A program made the position numbers and the translations under genes. The notes beneath the pieces were generated by a model. It worked only from the letters and a program-made list of their open reading frames with translations. It had not been told where the DNA came from and did not search any database. From NCBI GenBank assembly GCA_951406725.2, contig OX597841.1, positions 744,001 to 808,000 on the forward strand: a DNA stretch of 64,000 nt, in the 5' to 3' direction. The stretch is from Octopus vulgaris (taxonomy: Eukaryota). This document shows, piece after piece, positions 50,699-64,000 of this stretch. The number at the start of each line of letters is the position of its first letter. Position 1 is the first letter of the stretch.

Positions 50699-51864
50699 GT
50701 ACGTGCACAAACGATCTTTATGCGCATTCATATACACATACATAGACAGACTTAATTTGGCATAAATTCATCCATTTTGTGGGAGGAGAGAATCTATTAG
50801 AATAATTATTTTATTGATTTTAAAAATCAGAGTTTACCTTGATTGTATTTAAACTCAGAACGTCAAGACACATTAAGAAATACTTAATTACTTTAAAATA
50901 TTATGTTCAAAATTTAATGACACCGCCATCTAAAAACGTTCATAATATATTCATAATAAATTTTCCCACACGCGCACACACACACACACACACGAGTATA
51001 CGAGTGTGTTTAATAAATTTTAATCCTGGAAGATGGAATGAACAGCCTTTATTATTAATCCCTGTTTCAGCGCTTCATTACCAGCTGGTAACTGCTGAAG
51101 GTTACAAACAGCATACACATTATTGCATTAATATGATTCCGAGATAGCTGTATACATACACGTCTTCAGGTCAGTAGAGACGAAAGCATTACTAGATCAT
51201 CCATAGATTCTTTTTTAGTTGCGCCTGTACCATAATATTACTTCTAACATTCCATTGACAAAGAAGACGGAAGAAATCCCATATTCATTCCGTATGACAC
51301 TGGCTTCGTTTCAAGTGGAACGGTAACAGACCCAAGAGACAAGTAATTGCCAAAGTTTATCATCTTTTGACGTTCCTTAGAATGTTCGTTTTTCTTCCTA
51401 AAAGTCAAGATAAATCTGTGGTCAAGGATGGAATGAGTTCAGAATTGCCTTCTTTCTTTAATAAGGAATCCCCTCATACTGCAGTTGAAGAGAAATGCAG
51501 CTTCTACTGATATAGAAAAGCTTTGATTAACAAAACCCTGACGACGCGATTTGCCCGTATAGACGTATAATGCTAAAAAGCACAAAATATCAGCAACAGA
51601 CAAAATTGTCCACCACCGGCAGTGGAAATGTTAGATTAGGTGTCTTCATTGTGTTTGCGCCTAATTAGCATAAAACCCATTGTAGTATTCTGAGCTTTTT
51701 ATCACTATACGTCTATACGAGATACTTTCTCAGAACGAATACTGCAGGTTTATTGCGTCCTTAAACTATTACCACGTTAACTCTCACTTTGGTTGCATGC
51801 ACTACTCTCGCTCTCTCTCTTTCTCTCTCTCTCTCAATAATAATACACGATTTTTGTTTTTTAG

Positions 51865-52025
51865 GTGAAACTAGTGGTTTATAAAAACCAAACAGCTGTG
51901 GTTAATATGGTGTTCGATGGACGAAATACAAACATTGAAAGCTGGTTCTCTCGAGCAAAGTTGATAAGTTCTCCTTGGCCTGACATACCCCAAAGCCCTG
52001 TGATACATTTCACAATCGGACAGAA
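51865..52025 (+). CDS. Gene B exon 3 (VKLVVYKNQTAVVNMVFDGRNTNIESWFSRAKLISSPWPDI...)
   Basis: TTTTAG acceptor, GTAATT donor at 52026, phase 0 to 2. Confidence 0.85.
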
Positions 52026-52865
52026 GTAATTAATATATGATAAAATTTGTATGATTTTCCGTCCTCTTCTGTTTTGGCTTACCTATGCAGTAATAAAAAA
52101 TGGTTAATAACATCATTGAATGACACATGCACCCATATAGTGAATGGTAATGATGATGAATTTGACAGTCACCTGATTAGTGCATAGGGACATTTTTGGT
52201 AATTCTTTATTAACTTTAGAATTATAAAAGTGGTTAGTAACCTCTGTCTATATAATAGGTTCATCTGCTAGAAATAACAGACACCAAATATTGTTAGAAA
52301 TCACACCCTACCGTCTTTAAATGTAGCTTAATATTGCAAATGTAGTCGAAGAGGGAACAGTAATGATTGGAATACATTTGACCATTTGATCATTCTCGAC
52401 CAGGAACGATAGATTTGAAATATTCCTTAGTTCGAGGAGTATGGACAAAACACTGGATTTTGTTCTGGACCTTTCCGAATGCTGGGTAAGAGGAAGGGAT
52501 AAATTATTGTGAGGCAAAAACCTCGCCTGAATATTTGCATCAGATTCGTCACCTCGCCCGAGGGTGAGGATGTAGTGTTAAACTGGTTAACAAATAAAAT
52601 CTACTACATATGTATAGAGGGCGTCCTTCTTAATATTGCCCTACACACAGATGGCTTCTACGAAACTTTCACTCACAAAGATTTCGTTGACTGTAAAGAA
52701 GAAGATAGCATTTGTCCCAATGTATCACTGAACACTGTCGGATTGGACTTGGAAACCTCACATTTACGTAGTTGTCAGGCAAACTTGTAAAATTAAAGCA
52801 TCTGATAACTAAAATAGTAGCAAAACCAAAACTACAACAGTTTCTTCTTTTTCTCCCTTTTACAG

Positions 52866-53026
52866 ATGGGGACGTCGTTTCTTTGTGTCATCTATCGAAC
52901 AGGGTTGTCTTCTAGACATTGGTTGGATGGGTGTTGTTCAAATCAGTTACTGTGGATGGGAAATGTTTCCTCATTTGCCTGCAATAATCTACTCAGGTGA
53001 AGATTCGAGAATCACATGGAATGACG
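52866..53026 (+). CDS. Gene B exon 4 (WGRRFFVSSIEQGCLLDIGWMGVVQISYCGWEMFPHLPAIIYSGEDSRITWND)
   Basis: TTACAG acceptor, GTAAGT donor at 53027, 161 nt. Cys/GW/Cys/W spacing is shared with A exon 4. Confidence 0.82.
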
Positions 53027-53279
53027 GTAAGTATTTGCTCATCAGTTTAACTTGTGTCACGACCAAGTGAATGCAGTAAGTAATACAAGCCTAATTATGA
53101 TGGCGTGGCGAACACAGGAAACAGCTCAGGACATATTTCAGTATTATTATACCTTCTCAGTGAAGCATAGGTCCCACAATACTTAAGAAAGAGCATCACC
53201 TTTTGATACAATATTACACATGCATACGTGTGGAGAATTTAGTACAAGGGGTACTGAAAACTTTCTGACAGCAAGAGGA

Positions 53280-53815
53280 GAGGACGGTGGTGTTGAGAAC
53301 GTATTCGAAGGTTCTCTACACCATTACCGTCTTCTCCAAGTAGATGATTGAGCAGCAGTTGGCGGAACATATGCCAACCATTAAGTATATCTCTAGGAGA
53401 GCCACGCTGTGGTTGCTGTTTGACCCCCCAGGGGAGGCTCGCAATTTTGAAAGCCAGCCCGTTGAGAGTAAAAAAATTTTGTTTATTCCCACTTATTGTG
53501 GGAAAAAATTGACGAAGGCCTGGGTCTGTGGTTTGCCACCCGGAATTGAACCACAGTGGATAGAGTGTCCTATCCGTTGTGGTCTGGATGGCAGCAGAGC
53601 GAGGCTCCTCAATGTGAAAATTCTTCCTGCGGCTGATTGGGTTGGGTCAAAAGATATTTTACCCTGTGGACCCAATCAGCCATGAATCTGGTTAAGTCAG
53701 ATTTTTTTTAAGTGGCCGGGTGCAGGTACCCGGTGATTCTTGAGGGTCGACCAACAGGTGTCATCGGTGCCTGGAGCCTGGCTATATAAAGAAAAAATGT
53801 CCGCAAGAACAGAGC
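53280..53815 (+). mobile_element. Degenerate Tx1/L1-type ORF1 fragment in gene B intron 4
   Basis: VILEGRP followed (with a frameshift) by the zinc-knuckle-like CHRCLEPGYIKKKCP at ~53757-53803. Locally GC-richer. Confidence 0.45.
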
Positions 53816-54577
53816 AAAGTCCTTGAGCAGTCAATTGTGACGCTTTGGGGGTGGAGGGGGTCCACGCATGCAAAATAGTAAATTGGGATCAACAGAAGCA
53901 TAAGAAACGACCCCCTTCCGTCATGAATAGCCTTAGCATAGCACCTTGAATGTTCCCCTCCGTGAGACATATCCTTGCATGTTTGTTTATGGAAGGCCAG
54001 CAGTCGCCCATGTCTGCCAGCCTCTCCTCTCCACGCTACCGATGTTACCCAAAGGAAAAGCAAAGGGGCCGATACAGCCTGGCACCAATGACCTCGCAAC
54101 TCAATTCTACAGCTGAAATGAACTGGAGCAAGGCACATATTGTTCAAAACACGATGGAAAATTTTGGCACGAGGCAAGTAATTTCGGGAGAAAGGGTTAA
54201 GTCGATAACATCGACCCCTGCACTCAACATCTACTTATTTTATCGACCCCGAAAATACGAAAGGCAAATATGAAGGGAAATATTGAATTCAAATTTTAGC
54301 ACAAGGCCAGCAATTTCGGGAGAGTGGGTAAGTCAATTACTTCGATCCCTGCTCTCAATTTGTACTTGTTTTATCGATCCCGAAAGAAAGAGAGTCAAAG
54401 TCGATCTTCTGCTAAAAGTTCCGCCAGCTCGCTACCTTAATGAAGGGAAATATTATTTTGATTAAATAGAGAAATTAAATCCAAAATTGCTTTTGTTATT
54501 ACGGATTGTTGTCCTGTTAATTTTGCTGTTTATCTTGTTTGTGTTGTTGTTGTCATTGTTGCTTTATTATTTTTCAG

Positions 54578-54627
54578 GTTTCGAAATAGGTGATTCCATG
54601 GCCATCTTCATCCGCCTAAAACCTTAA
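54578..54627 (+). CDS. Gene B exon 5, terminal (GFEIGDSMAIFIRLKP*)
   Basis: TTTCAG acceptor and TAA at 54625-54627. Total CDS 873 nt in frame. Confidence 0.82.
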
Positions 54628-54879
54628 CTAACCAATCAAAAGATTCGGTTTTATCAACGTGACCACACGGCTTCAGCCAACGGAAGCTGTTAGTTATATA
54701 GTAGAAACTGGGACAATAATTGGAAGATACTTGTCCAAGGTGTTGCACCGTAGGATTGAACTCCAAAGCACATGATTACAAAGCAAGCTTCTTAACCACA
54801 CAATCACGCCTGTATCTGTGTGTCTACGTGTATGTGCATGTGTATGTAAGCTTATTATATGTGTGTGTGTATGTGCGTA

Positions 54880-55390
54880 CATCCAGGGTGTCCCAAAATT
54901 AACTATTTCAGTGAAATCGGACATTTTTTTAGAAATTCCTTTTTATTTATGTTTATCCTGTTTAATTTTTGTTAAAAATGTATAAAATTTTAATTTTGAC
55001 TCTAATTTAACAAATTTTTATAACGTATTTTACGTTCATTCCCGTTCGATCCCGCTTATCTGTCAACGCCAACTTTTATTTCAATTTCGCTGCAATCATC
55101 TTCTATAGCTCCATCCCCAGGATGGAGCAAAGGTTAAAGAATCGTTAAAGAACGTATTCAGTTAGCAGTGCAGATAAAATATTCCTAAAATTCTTCAGAA
55201 TGTGTTTCGCAATGCTAAGGATAGATTTGAAATTCGCAAGGATACAGACGGAGCACATGTTGAAAATTTTCAATAGAATTTTGTCGTAAGATTTACAAAT
55301 CTATTTGTTTTGGTATCGTAATTAACTAATAAACATAAAATTTTGTCAGTTATTTAAAGTTTAAATTTGTCCAATTTCAATGAGATAGAA
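54880..55390 (+). mobile_element. Tc1/mariner-like remnant
   Basis: CAGGGTGTCCCAAAA TIR-like start and a C-terminal ...DGAHVENFQ* motif. Confidence 0.45.
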
Positions 55391-56029
55391 AGTGAATTCT
55401 GCTTGTGTGTGTGTTTATATATTCATATATTCTTTAACCTACACTTTATATAGTTTAGTTTTATTTATTGATTAAATTAGTGATTGAACTGCTCGACAGG
55501 CAAACAATTTGAAAACGATTAATATTCATAATCCACGTGACAATGTAAGTTTTGTTTATATTTTTAATATCCGGGGATACATTAATTTCACTAGTCCTCT
55601 ATCTAAATGTAAAAATCCCCACCCACGCACACAATTTCAAAACCGCTTGACAATGCACGAAACTTTCCTCTCTTAAGACACGTTGTAACATTCGTTGATT
55701 AAATAAAAAATATATTAATATACACACATGTTTTCTGTTCTGTTTTCTTGTTCGAGTATGGGGGAAGAATGAGTGACCGAGAGGAGAAGGGGTGACGTTA
55801 GGAAGGGACCGGGAAAGAACAAAAATGGCGTCACGTCAAGAAGCAGCAGTTAGAAGACGGCCTGTTTCTTGAAGGGTCTGCAGCGAGGTCAAGTCGTGTT
55901 GCTGGGGACGGTGATAGAGCAGTGGTCCCTTCTGGCCAGTGGTTGGGGGAGTTTTGATAACACGTCGTATATATAAGAAGGGAAAGAAAGGGGAAAATAG
56001 GAAATCTTCTGACAATGCGGAAGCGAAAA

Positions 56030-56030
56030 A

Positions 56031-56089
<59 letters not shown>

Positions 56090-56118
56090 GTACCTATGCA
56101 TGTATGTATATGTATATG

Positions 56119-56168
<50 letters not shown>

Positions 56169-56175
56169 ATGTATG

Positions 56176-56246
<71 letters not shown>

Positions 56247-56323
56247 ATATGTATACGTATATATATAAATATATATATATGTATGTATATGTATATATAT
56301 ATATATATATATGTATGTATATG

Positions 56324-56358
<35 letters not shown>

Positions 56359-56370
56359 GTATATATGTAT

Positions 56371-56411
<41 letters not shown>

Positions 56412-56413
56412 TG

Positions 56414-56468
<55 letters not shown>

Positions 56469-56470
56469 AT
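56030..56470. repeat. (TA)n/(TATG)n microsatellite
   Basis: Seen directly. Confidence 0.9.
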
Positions 56471-57084
56471 ATTATATTATTTACTAATAATGCTGCAAAT
56501 CATAAAAAAACTGTTACTCAGAGTTCCCGTTCGTCGGACAGTTTGTTTGAGAACTGAACAAAAATAAGGATTTATTTATATGTAAAATTACTCAATTATG
56601 TTGATTGATACACACTTGAAATTGGTCCTTTTCAACTAATGGTTTAATTTCAACGGGTGTTTGAAATTAAAAATTACGATTTAAAATCCTATTATTTAAA
56701 ATCGAAGAAAATCTTAAATCTAAAACTTAGCTTAAGTACAAGGAAAATTCAAGTATACTCTGGGGAAATTAATTAATGGTAAAATAAATTTAAATTAAAA
56801 AGTTATGTCCGTTTAGAATAATAATATTTACAAAGAACTAACATCATAAAAACACATATACTTTAGCAAAACATACACACACCAAAAACATATATGTACA
56901 TATATACATCATAAATAGGGTCAAAATGACACAGATAAAAGCAAGGTCATGTTCTTTTTTGTATGCATGTCTGTCTCTCGGCTTTTAAGGGAAGAAGGAA
57001 TAAGGGCAATGGGACTAAAAATGTGCCGGGTTTGCCGGTCCTGATAGTGACACGTATTTTGTTATAAACTATGCGGTTTCATTT

Positions 57085-57535
57085 TCGAGTTCAAATTCCG
57101 CTACGTTCTGAGTTCAAATTCCGCCGAGGTCGACTTTGCCTTTCATCTTTTCGGGGTCAATTAAATAAGTACCAGTTACGCACTGGGGTCGATATAATCG
57201 ACTTAATCCGTTTGTCTGTCCTTGTTTGTCCCCCCTGTGTTTAGCCCCTTGAGGGCGGTAAAGAAGTAGGTATTTCGTCTGCCGTTACGTTCTGAGTTCA
57301 AATTCCGCCGAGGTCGACTTTGCCTTTCATCCTTTCGGGGTCAATTAAATAAGTACCAGTTACGCACTGGGGTCGATATAATCGACTTAATCTGTTTGTC
57401 TGTAATTGTTTGTCCCCCCTGTGTTTAGCCCCTTGTGGGCAGTAAAGAAGTAGGTATTTCGTCTGCCGTTACGTTCTGAGTTCAAATTCCGCCGAGGTCG
57501 ACTTTGCCTTTCATCCTTTCGGGGTTGATTAAATA
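57085..57535 (+). repeat. Tandem multimer (~184-bp period, ~2.5 copies) of SINE family 2 body
   Basis: GTTCTGAGTTCAAATTCCGCCGAGGTCGAC recurs at ~57105, ~57290 and ~57473. Confidence 0.85.
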
Positions 57536-57836
57536 TACCGAGCTCAATAAAACCTTATCCAGTCATGTATCGTAAATTGATTTCATTCATCGATTTTGTT
57601 TCCTGTTTACTCGTCAATTCCAAAAAGGAGAGTCTTTTGTTTATGATAAATATTCTTATTAGTACGGTTTGGCGCGATAAAATACTTCACCACATTGCTA
57701 CGCCTAATTCATATATAATTTCTACTGGTCATATATGTTCCAAACATAATTGAATTGATCCTATAGTCTATTAATACATTATTACTATTATGATGAAAAT
57801 AATAATATGTGTTTGTGTGTGCATATGGATACATAC

Positions 57837-58015
57837 CTCATAAATTGAAAGATAGTTCAAGAAATCGAGAATAGTATGTCGGAAGAAGTTAGGACAAAAG
57901 TTACCGCGACATTTGTCTACATTCCAGCATGAAGGACTTCCTATATTCATAAATGAATTATAGACGTTCGAACCAGCTCCCATTGATAGGGCATATACTT
58001 TTATCCATTGGCTAT
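57837..58015 (-). CDS. Gene D exon 2 (fourth paralog; exon 1 presumably beyond the window, exons 3-5 not found, possibly a pseudogene)
   Basis: SQWIKVYALSMGAGSNVYNSFMNIGSPSCWNVDKCRGNFCPNFFRHTILDFLNYLSIYE, 179 nt, TTTCAG/GTATGT boundaries. The downstream intron (57540-57780) matches the A/C intron-2 sequence. Confidence 0.65.
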
Positions 58016-58019
58016 CTGA

Positions 58020-58055
58020 AATAACAACAACAACAACAAAAACAACAACAACAAC

Positions 58056-58090
<35 letters not shown>

Positions 58091-58459
58091 ATGCCCTGAT
58101 GCAGTACATGACAGTGGCTCTCGTGGCTTCTGATCTTAACTGAACAACAACAACAATAACAAAAACAACAACGACAACAACAACAACAATAATAATAAGA
58201 AGAAGAAGAAGAAGAAGAAGAAGAACAACAACAACAACAATAATGATAATGATAATAATATAAAAAATATTAAAAATAATAATAATAAGAAGAAGAAGAA
58301 ATAGAGGAAGAACAGCAACAACAACAATAACAACATTAATAATAATCAAAAACAACAACAATAATAATAATATAATAAGAAGAAGACGAAGAAAAAGAAG
58401 AAGAACAACAACAACAATAATAAGAATGATAATAATAATAATATTAATAATAATAATAA

Positions 58460-58490
<31 letters not shown>

Positions 58491-58838
58491 AAGAAGAAAA
58501 AAAAAAAAGAAGTAGAGGAACAATAACAACAACAACAATAATAATAATGATAATAATGATAATAATAAGAAGAACAGAAGAAGAAGAACAGCAACAACAA
58601 CAACAACAACAATAACAAAAACAACAACAACTACAATAAGAAGAAAAAGAACAACAACAACAGCAACAGCAATAATAATAATGATAAGAAGAAGAACAAG
58701 AACAACAACAACAACAATAAGAACAGCAACAACAACAACAACAATAACAACAACAACAACAGCAATGACAAGAATAATAATGAGAAGAAGAAAAAGTTTC
58801 ACCAGCAACAACAACAACAACAACACTAATAATAATAA

Positions 58839-58871
<33 letters not shown>

Positions 58872-59357
58872 GAAGAACAAGAACAACAACAACAACGAAA
58901 ATAATAATAATGATAATGATAATAATAATAAGAAGAACAACAACAACAAAAAAAACAACAGCAAAACCAACAATAATAAAAAAATGATAATAATAATAAT
59001 AATAAAAAGAAGAAGAACAACAACAAAAACAATAATTATAATGATAACAATAATAATAATAAGAAGAAGAAGAAGAGTAAGAACAACAACAACAACTACA
59101 TCAATAATAATAATGATAATAATAATAATAATAAGAAGAAGAAGAAGAAGAACAACAACAACAACAACAATAATAATAACAACGATAATAATAATAAGAA
59201 GAAGAAGAAGAACAACAACAACAACAACAAAAACAACAACAACAATGACAATAATGATAATAATAATAAGAAGTAGAAGAACAGCAACAACAACAACAAC
59301 AATAAGAAGAAGAAGAAAAAGAAGAAGAAGAAGAAGAACAACAACAACAACAACAGC

Positions 59358-59417
<60 letters not shown>

Positions 59418-59899
59418 AAGAACAACAACAACAACAACAGCAACAACAATAATAAGAAGACGAAGAAGAAGATGAAGAAAAAGAACAACAACAACAACAA
59501 TAATTTTAATGATAATGATAATATTAATAAGAAGAAGAACAACAAGAACAGCAACAACAACAACAATAAAAACGAAAACAGCAATAATAATAGTAATAAT
59601 AATAATAAGAAGAATTAGACCAGCAACAAAAACAACAACAACAATAATAATAATAATAAGAAGAAGAAGAAGAAGTAGAAAAAGAACAAAAACAACAACA
59701 ACAACAGCGAAAATAATAATACTAATAATAATAAGAAGAAGAAGAAGAAATAGAGGAAGAACAGCAACAACAACAATAACAACATTAATAATAATCAAAA
59801 ACAACAACAATAATAATAATATAATAAGAAGAAGACGAAGAAAAAGAAGAACAAGAACAACAATAAGAAGAATGATAATAATAATAATAATAATAATAA

Positions 59900-59930
<31 letters not shown>

Positions 59931-60838
59931 AAGAAGAAAAAAAAAAAAGAAGTAGAGGAACAATAACAACAACAACAATAATAATAATGATAATAATGAT
60001 AATAATAAGAAGAACAGAAGAAGAAGAACAGCAACAACAACAACAACAACAATAACAAAAACAACAACAACTACAATAAGAAGAAAAAGAACAACAACAA
60101 CAGCAACAGCAATAATAATAATGATAAGAAGAAGAAGAAGAAGAAGAACAACAACAACAACAACAATAAGAACAGCAACAACAACAACAACAATAACAAC
60201 AACAACAACAGCAATGACAAGAATAATAATGAGAAGAAGAAAAAGTTTCACCAGCAACAACAACAACAACAACACTAATAATAATAATAATAATAATAAT
60301 AAGAAGAAGAAGAAGAAGAAGAAGTAGAAGAACAAGAACAACAACAACAACGAAAATAATAATAATGATAATGATAATAATAATAAGAAGAACAACAACA
60401 ACAACAAAAACAACAGCAAAACCAACAATAATAAAAAAATGATAATAATAATAATAATAAAAAGAAGAAGAACAACAACAAAAACAATAATTATAATGAT
60501 AACAATAATAATAAGAAGAAGAAGAAGAAGAGTAAGAACAACAACAACAACTACATCAATAATAATAATGATAATAATAATAATAATAAGAAGAAGAAGA
60601 AGAACAACAACAACAACAACAACAATAATAATAACAACGATAATAATAATAATAATAAGAATAAGAAGAAGAACAACAACAACAACAACAACAACAACAA
60701 AAACAACAACAACAATGACAATAATGATAATAATAATAAGAAGTAGAAGAACAGCAACAACAACAACAACAATAAGAAGAAGAAGAAAAAGAAGAAGAAG
60801 AAGAAGAACAACAACAACAACAACAGCAATAATAATAA

Positions 60839-60869
<31 letters not shown>

Positions 60870-61347
60870 AAGAAGAAGAAGAACAACAACAACAACAACA
60901 ACAGCAACAACAATAAGAAGAAGACGAAGAGGAAGATGAAGAAGAACAGCAACAACAACAACAATAATTTTAATGATAATGATAATAATAATAAGAACAA
61001 CAAGAACAGCAACAACAACAACAATAAAAACGAAAACAGCAATAATAATAGTAATAATAATAATAAGAAGAATTAGACCAGCAACAAAAACAACAACAAC
61101 AATAATAATAATAATAATAAGAAGAAGAAGAAGAAGTAGAAAAAGAACAAAAACAACAACAACAACAACAGCGAAAATAATAATACTAATAATAATAATA
61201 AGAAGAAGAAGAACAATAACAACAAGAAAAACGACAACAATAATAATAATGATAATAATAATAATAATAAGAAGAAGAAGAACAACAACAACACCAACAA
61301 TAAAAACAACAATAATAATAATGATAATAATAATAATAATAATAATG

Positions 61348-61386
<39 letters not shown>

Positions 61387-62034
61387 TAATAAAATCGCCA
61401 CGATAGTGTAGGACAGTATATACATTGGAAGATATGTAAATACTACAAATTCGACACTCTTGCTAACTGGTATGAACACCATCCTCAGCCAGTTGTTGAA
61501 GGTAAGGATGTCACCATCCTCTGGGATTTTCCAGTCAACACTGACAGAACGATCAAGGCTAATCGACCAGACATAATTGTTAAAGACAGGGAAGAAAATA
61601 CCTGCAGACGAATAGAGGAAAGCGTCCCCACTGATAAAAATGTATCTGTAAAAGAATTTGACAAACTTAGTAAATATAAGGTCCTGGAAATCGAAATACA
61701 AAAGATGTGGAATCTTAAAACAAAAACTGTTCCTGTTATTGTAGGTGCCCTAGGTATGATAAAAAGGGATGTCAAAAACACCTAGACAATATCCCTGGAG
61801 AACCATGTCTAAAGGAAATCCAAAAGATTGTGCTAACAAGTACTGCCCACATCCTTAAATAAACCCTATCAATGTAAATGTTTGTGTTTGTATTACATGG
61901 AGATATTTCTCTACTTCCCCTACCCGAGCTTTCAACTATATTTCAACAACTCTTAACCTTCACTTGCCCTAGGGCGCTGGGTGTGCCCCGGCTACTGATT
62001 GCATCAAACATGCAGATTAAAAGTAAATGACAAT

Positions 62035-62126
<92 letters not shown>

Positions 62127-63219
62127 GAAGAAGAAGAAGAAGAACAACAACAACAACAACAACAAAAAACAACAACAATAATAATAATAATAATAATAAT
62201 AATAAGAAGAAGAAGAAAAACAACTACAATAAAAACAACAACAATAACAACAACAATAACAAACACAAAAACAAGAACAATATTAATAATACTAATAATG
62301 AGAAGAAGACGAAGAAAAAGAAGAAGAACAACAACAACAGCAAAAACAACAATAATAATAAAAATAATAATAATAATACAAAGAAGAAGAATAACAACAA
62401 CAAAAACAATAATTATAATGATAACAATAATAATAATAAGAAGAAGAGGAAAAACAACAACAACAACAACTACAACAATAATAATAATGATAATAATAAT
62501 AATATTAATAATAATAAGAAGAACAACAACAACAGCAACAACAACAACAATAATAATAACAACGATAATAATAATAAGAAGAAATAAAAGAAGAAGAAGA
62601 AGAAAAAGAAGAAGGAAAACAACAACAACAATGATAATAATGGTAATAATAATGAGAAGAAGTAGAAGAACAGCAACAACAACAACAACAACAACAATAA
62701 GAAGAAGAAGAAGAAAAAGAAGAAGAACAAGAAGAAGAACAAGAACAAGAACAACAACAACAACAACAGCAATAATAATAAGAAGAAGACGAAGAAGAAG
62801 TACAAGAAGAAGAAGAAGAAGAAGAAGAAGAAGAAGAAGAAGAACAGCAACAACAACAACAATAATATTATTGATAATAATAATAAGTAGAAGAAGAAGA
62901 AGAATAACAAGAACAGCAACAACAGCAACAACAATAACAACAACAACAACAGCAATAATAAGAATAATAAGTTGAAGAAGGAGTATTAGACCAGATACAA
63001 AAACAACAACAAAAAAAACAACAACAACAACACTAATAATAATAATAATAAGAAGAAGAAGAAGAAGAAGAAGAAGGAAGGAGAGAAGAACAACAACAAA
63101 AACAACAAAAACCACAATAATAATAAAAATGATAATAATAGTAATAAGAAGTAGAAGAACAAGAACAACAACAACAACAACAATAATAATAATAACAACG
63201 ATAATAATAAAAATAAGAA

Positions 63220-63251
<32 letters not shown>

Positions 63252-64000
63252 AGAAGAACAACAACAATGATAATAATGATAATTATAATAAGAAGAAGTA
63301 GAAGAACAGCAACAACAATAACAACAACAACAACAAAAATAATAATGATAATAATAACAAATATAAAAATAATAATAAGAAGAAGAAGAAGATGAAGAAG
63401 AAGAAGAAGAAGAAGAAGAAGAAGAACAGCAACAACAACGATAACGACAACAATAACAAAAACAAAAACAACAACAATAATAATAATTCTAATAATAATG
63501 AGAAGACGAAGAAAATCAACAACAACAACAACAATAATAAGAATGATGATAATAATAATAATAAAAAGAAGAAGAAAAAAAGAAGAAGAAGAAAAACAAC
63601 AACAATAAAAATAATGATAATAATAATAAGAAGAAGACGAAGAATAAGAAGAAGAGAAACAACAACAACAACAACAACAATAATAGTATTGATAAAAATG
63701 ATAATAAGAAGAAGAAAAGAAGAAGAAGAACGGCAACAACAACAACAACAATAACAACAACAACAACAATAACAACAACAACCACAATAACAAGAAGAAG
63801 AAGAAGAAGAAGAAGAAGAAAAAGAAGAAGAAGAAGAAGAAGAAGAAGAAGAAGAACAACTACAAAAAAACACACAATAATAATAATAATAAGAAGAAGA
63901 AGACTAACAACAACAGCAACAATAATAATAAGAAGAAGAACAGCAACAACAACAACAATAATATTAATGATAATAATAATAAGGAGAAGAAGAACAAGAA
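58020..64000. repeat. Giant compound (AAT/AAC/AAG)n array with ~1.45-kb higher-order duplication, interrupted by the R4/Dong fragment at 61393-62036
   Basis: Unique markers recur at ~1449-1458 nt spacing: ATAGAGGAAG at 58301/59750, GTTTCACCAGC at 58796/60245, ATTAGACCAG at 59614/61072. Confidence 0.92.
61393..62036 (+). mobile_element. 5'-truncated R4/Dong-type element (RLE part plus 3' UTR) within the trinucleotide array of gene D intron 1
   Basis: NRHDSVGQYIHW..., TILWDFPVNTDRTIKANRPDIIV..., followed by (AAT)n. Confidence 0.85.

Noticed and set aside
57771-60428. 885-aa hydrophobic ORF (and the 607-aa ORF at 62036-63859)
   Set aside because: Translation of TTN triplet repeats that lack stops in that frame. 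Only 57837-58015 is a real exon.

Overview
AT-rich, microsatellite-dense animal genomic DNA. The repeat families look like those of Octopus/cephalopods, which is an inference from recognition rather than a search. The window holds a cluster of four paralogs of an unnamed 5-coding-exon gene for a ~290-aa secreted protein (signal peptide, degenerate PAN/Apple-like module, ~180-aa Trp/Cys-containing C-terminal domain). Their orientation alternates: A (+, intact, 6680-21012), C (-, pseudogene, exon 2 deleted, 28646-40405), B (+, intact, 47736-54627) and D (-, only exon 2 seen, 57837-58015). Intron 1 of every copy carries (TTA)n-type trinucleotide tracts holding R4/Dong-type RLE non-LTR retrotransposons, always antisense to the host gene. 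Gene A's stop codon is followed by a ~6.2-kb tandem array of ~66 x 94-bp units, nearly all containing AATAAA. A lone monomer of this unit sits inserted in an unrelated exon-like sequence at ~1612. The rest is tRNA-derived SINEs, MITEs, a Helitron, mariner/Tc1, CR1, Penelope and Tx1 remnants, and simple repeats. Most ORFs in the supplied track are microsatellite artefacts.
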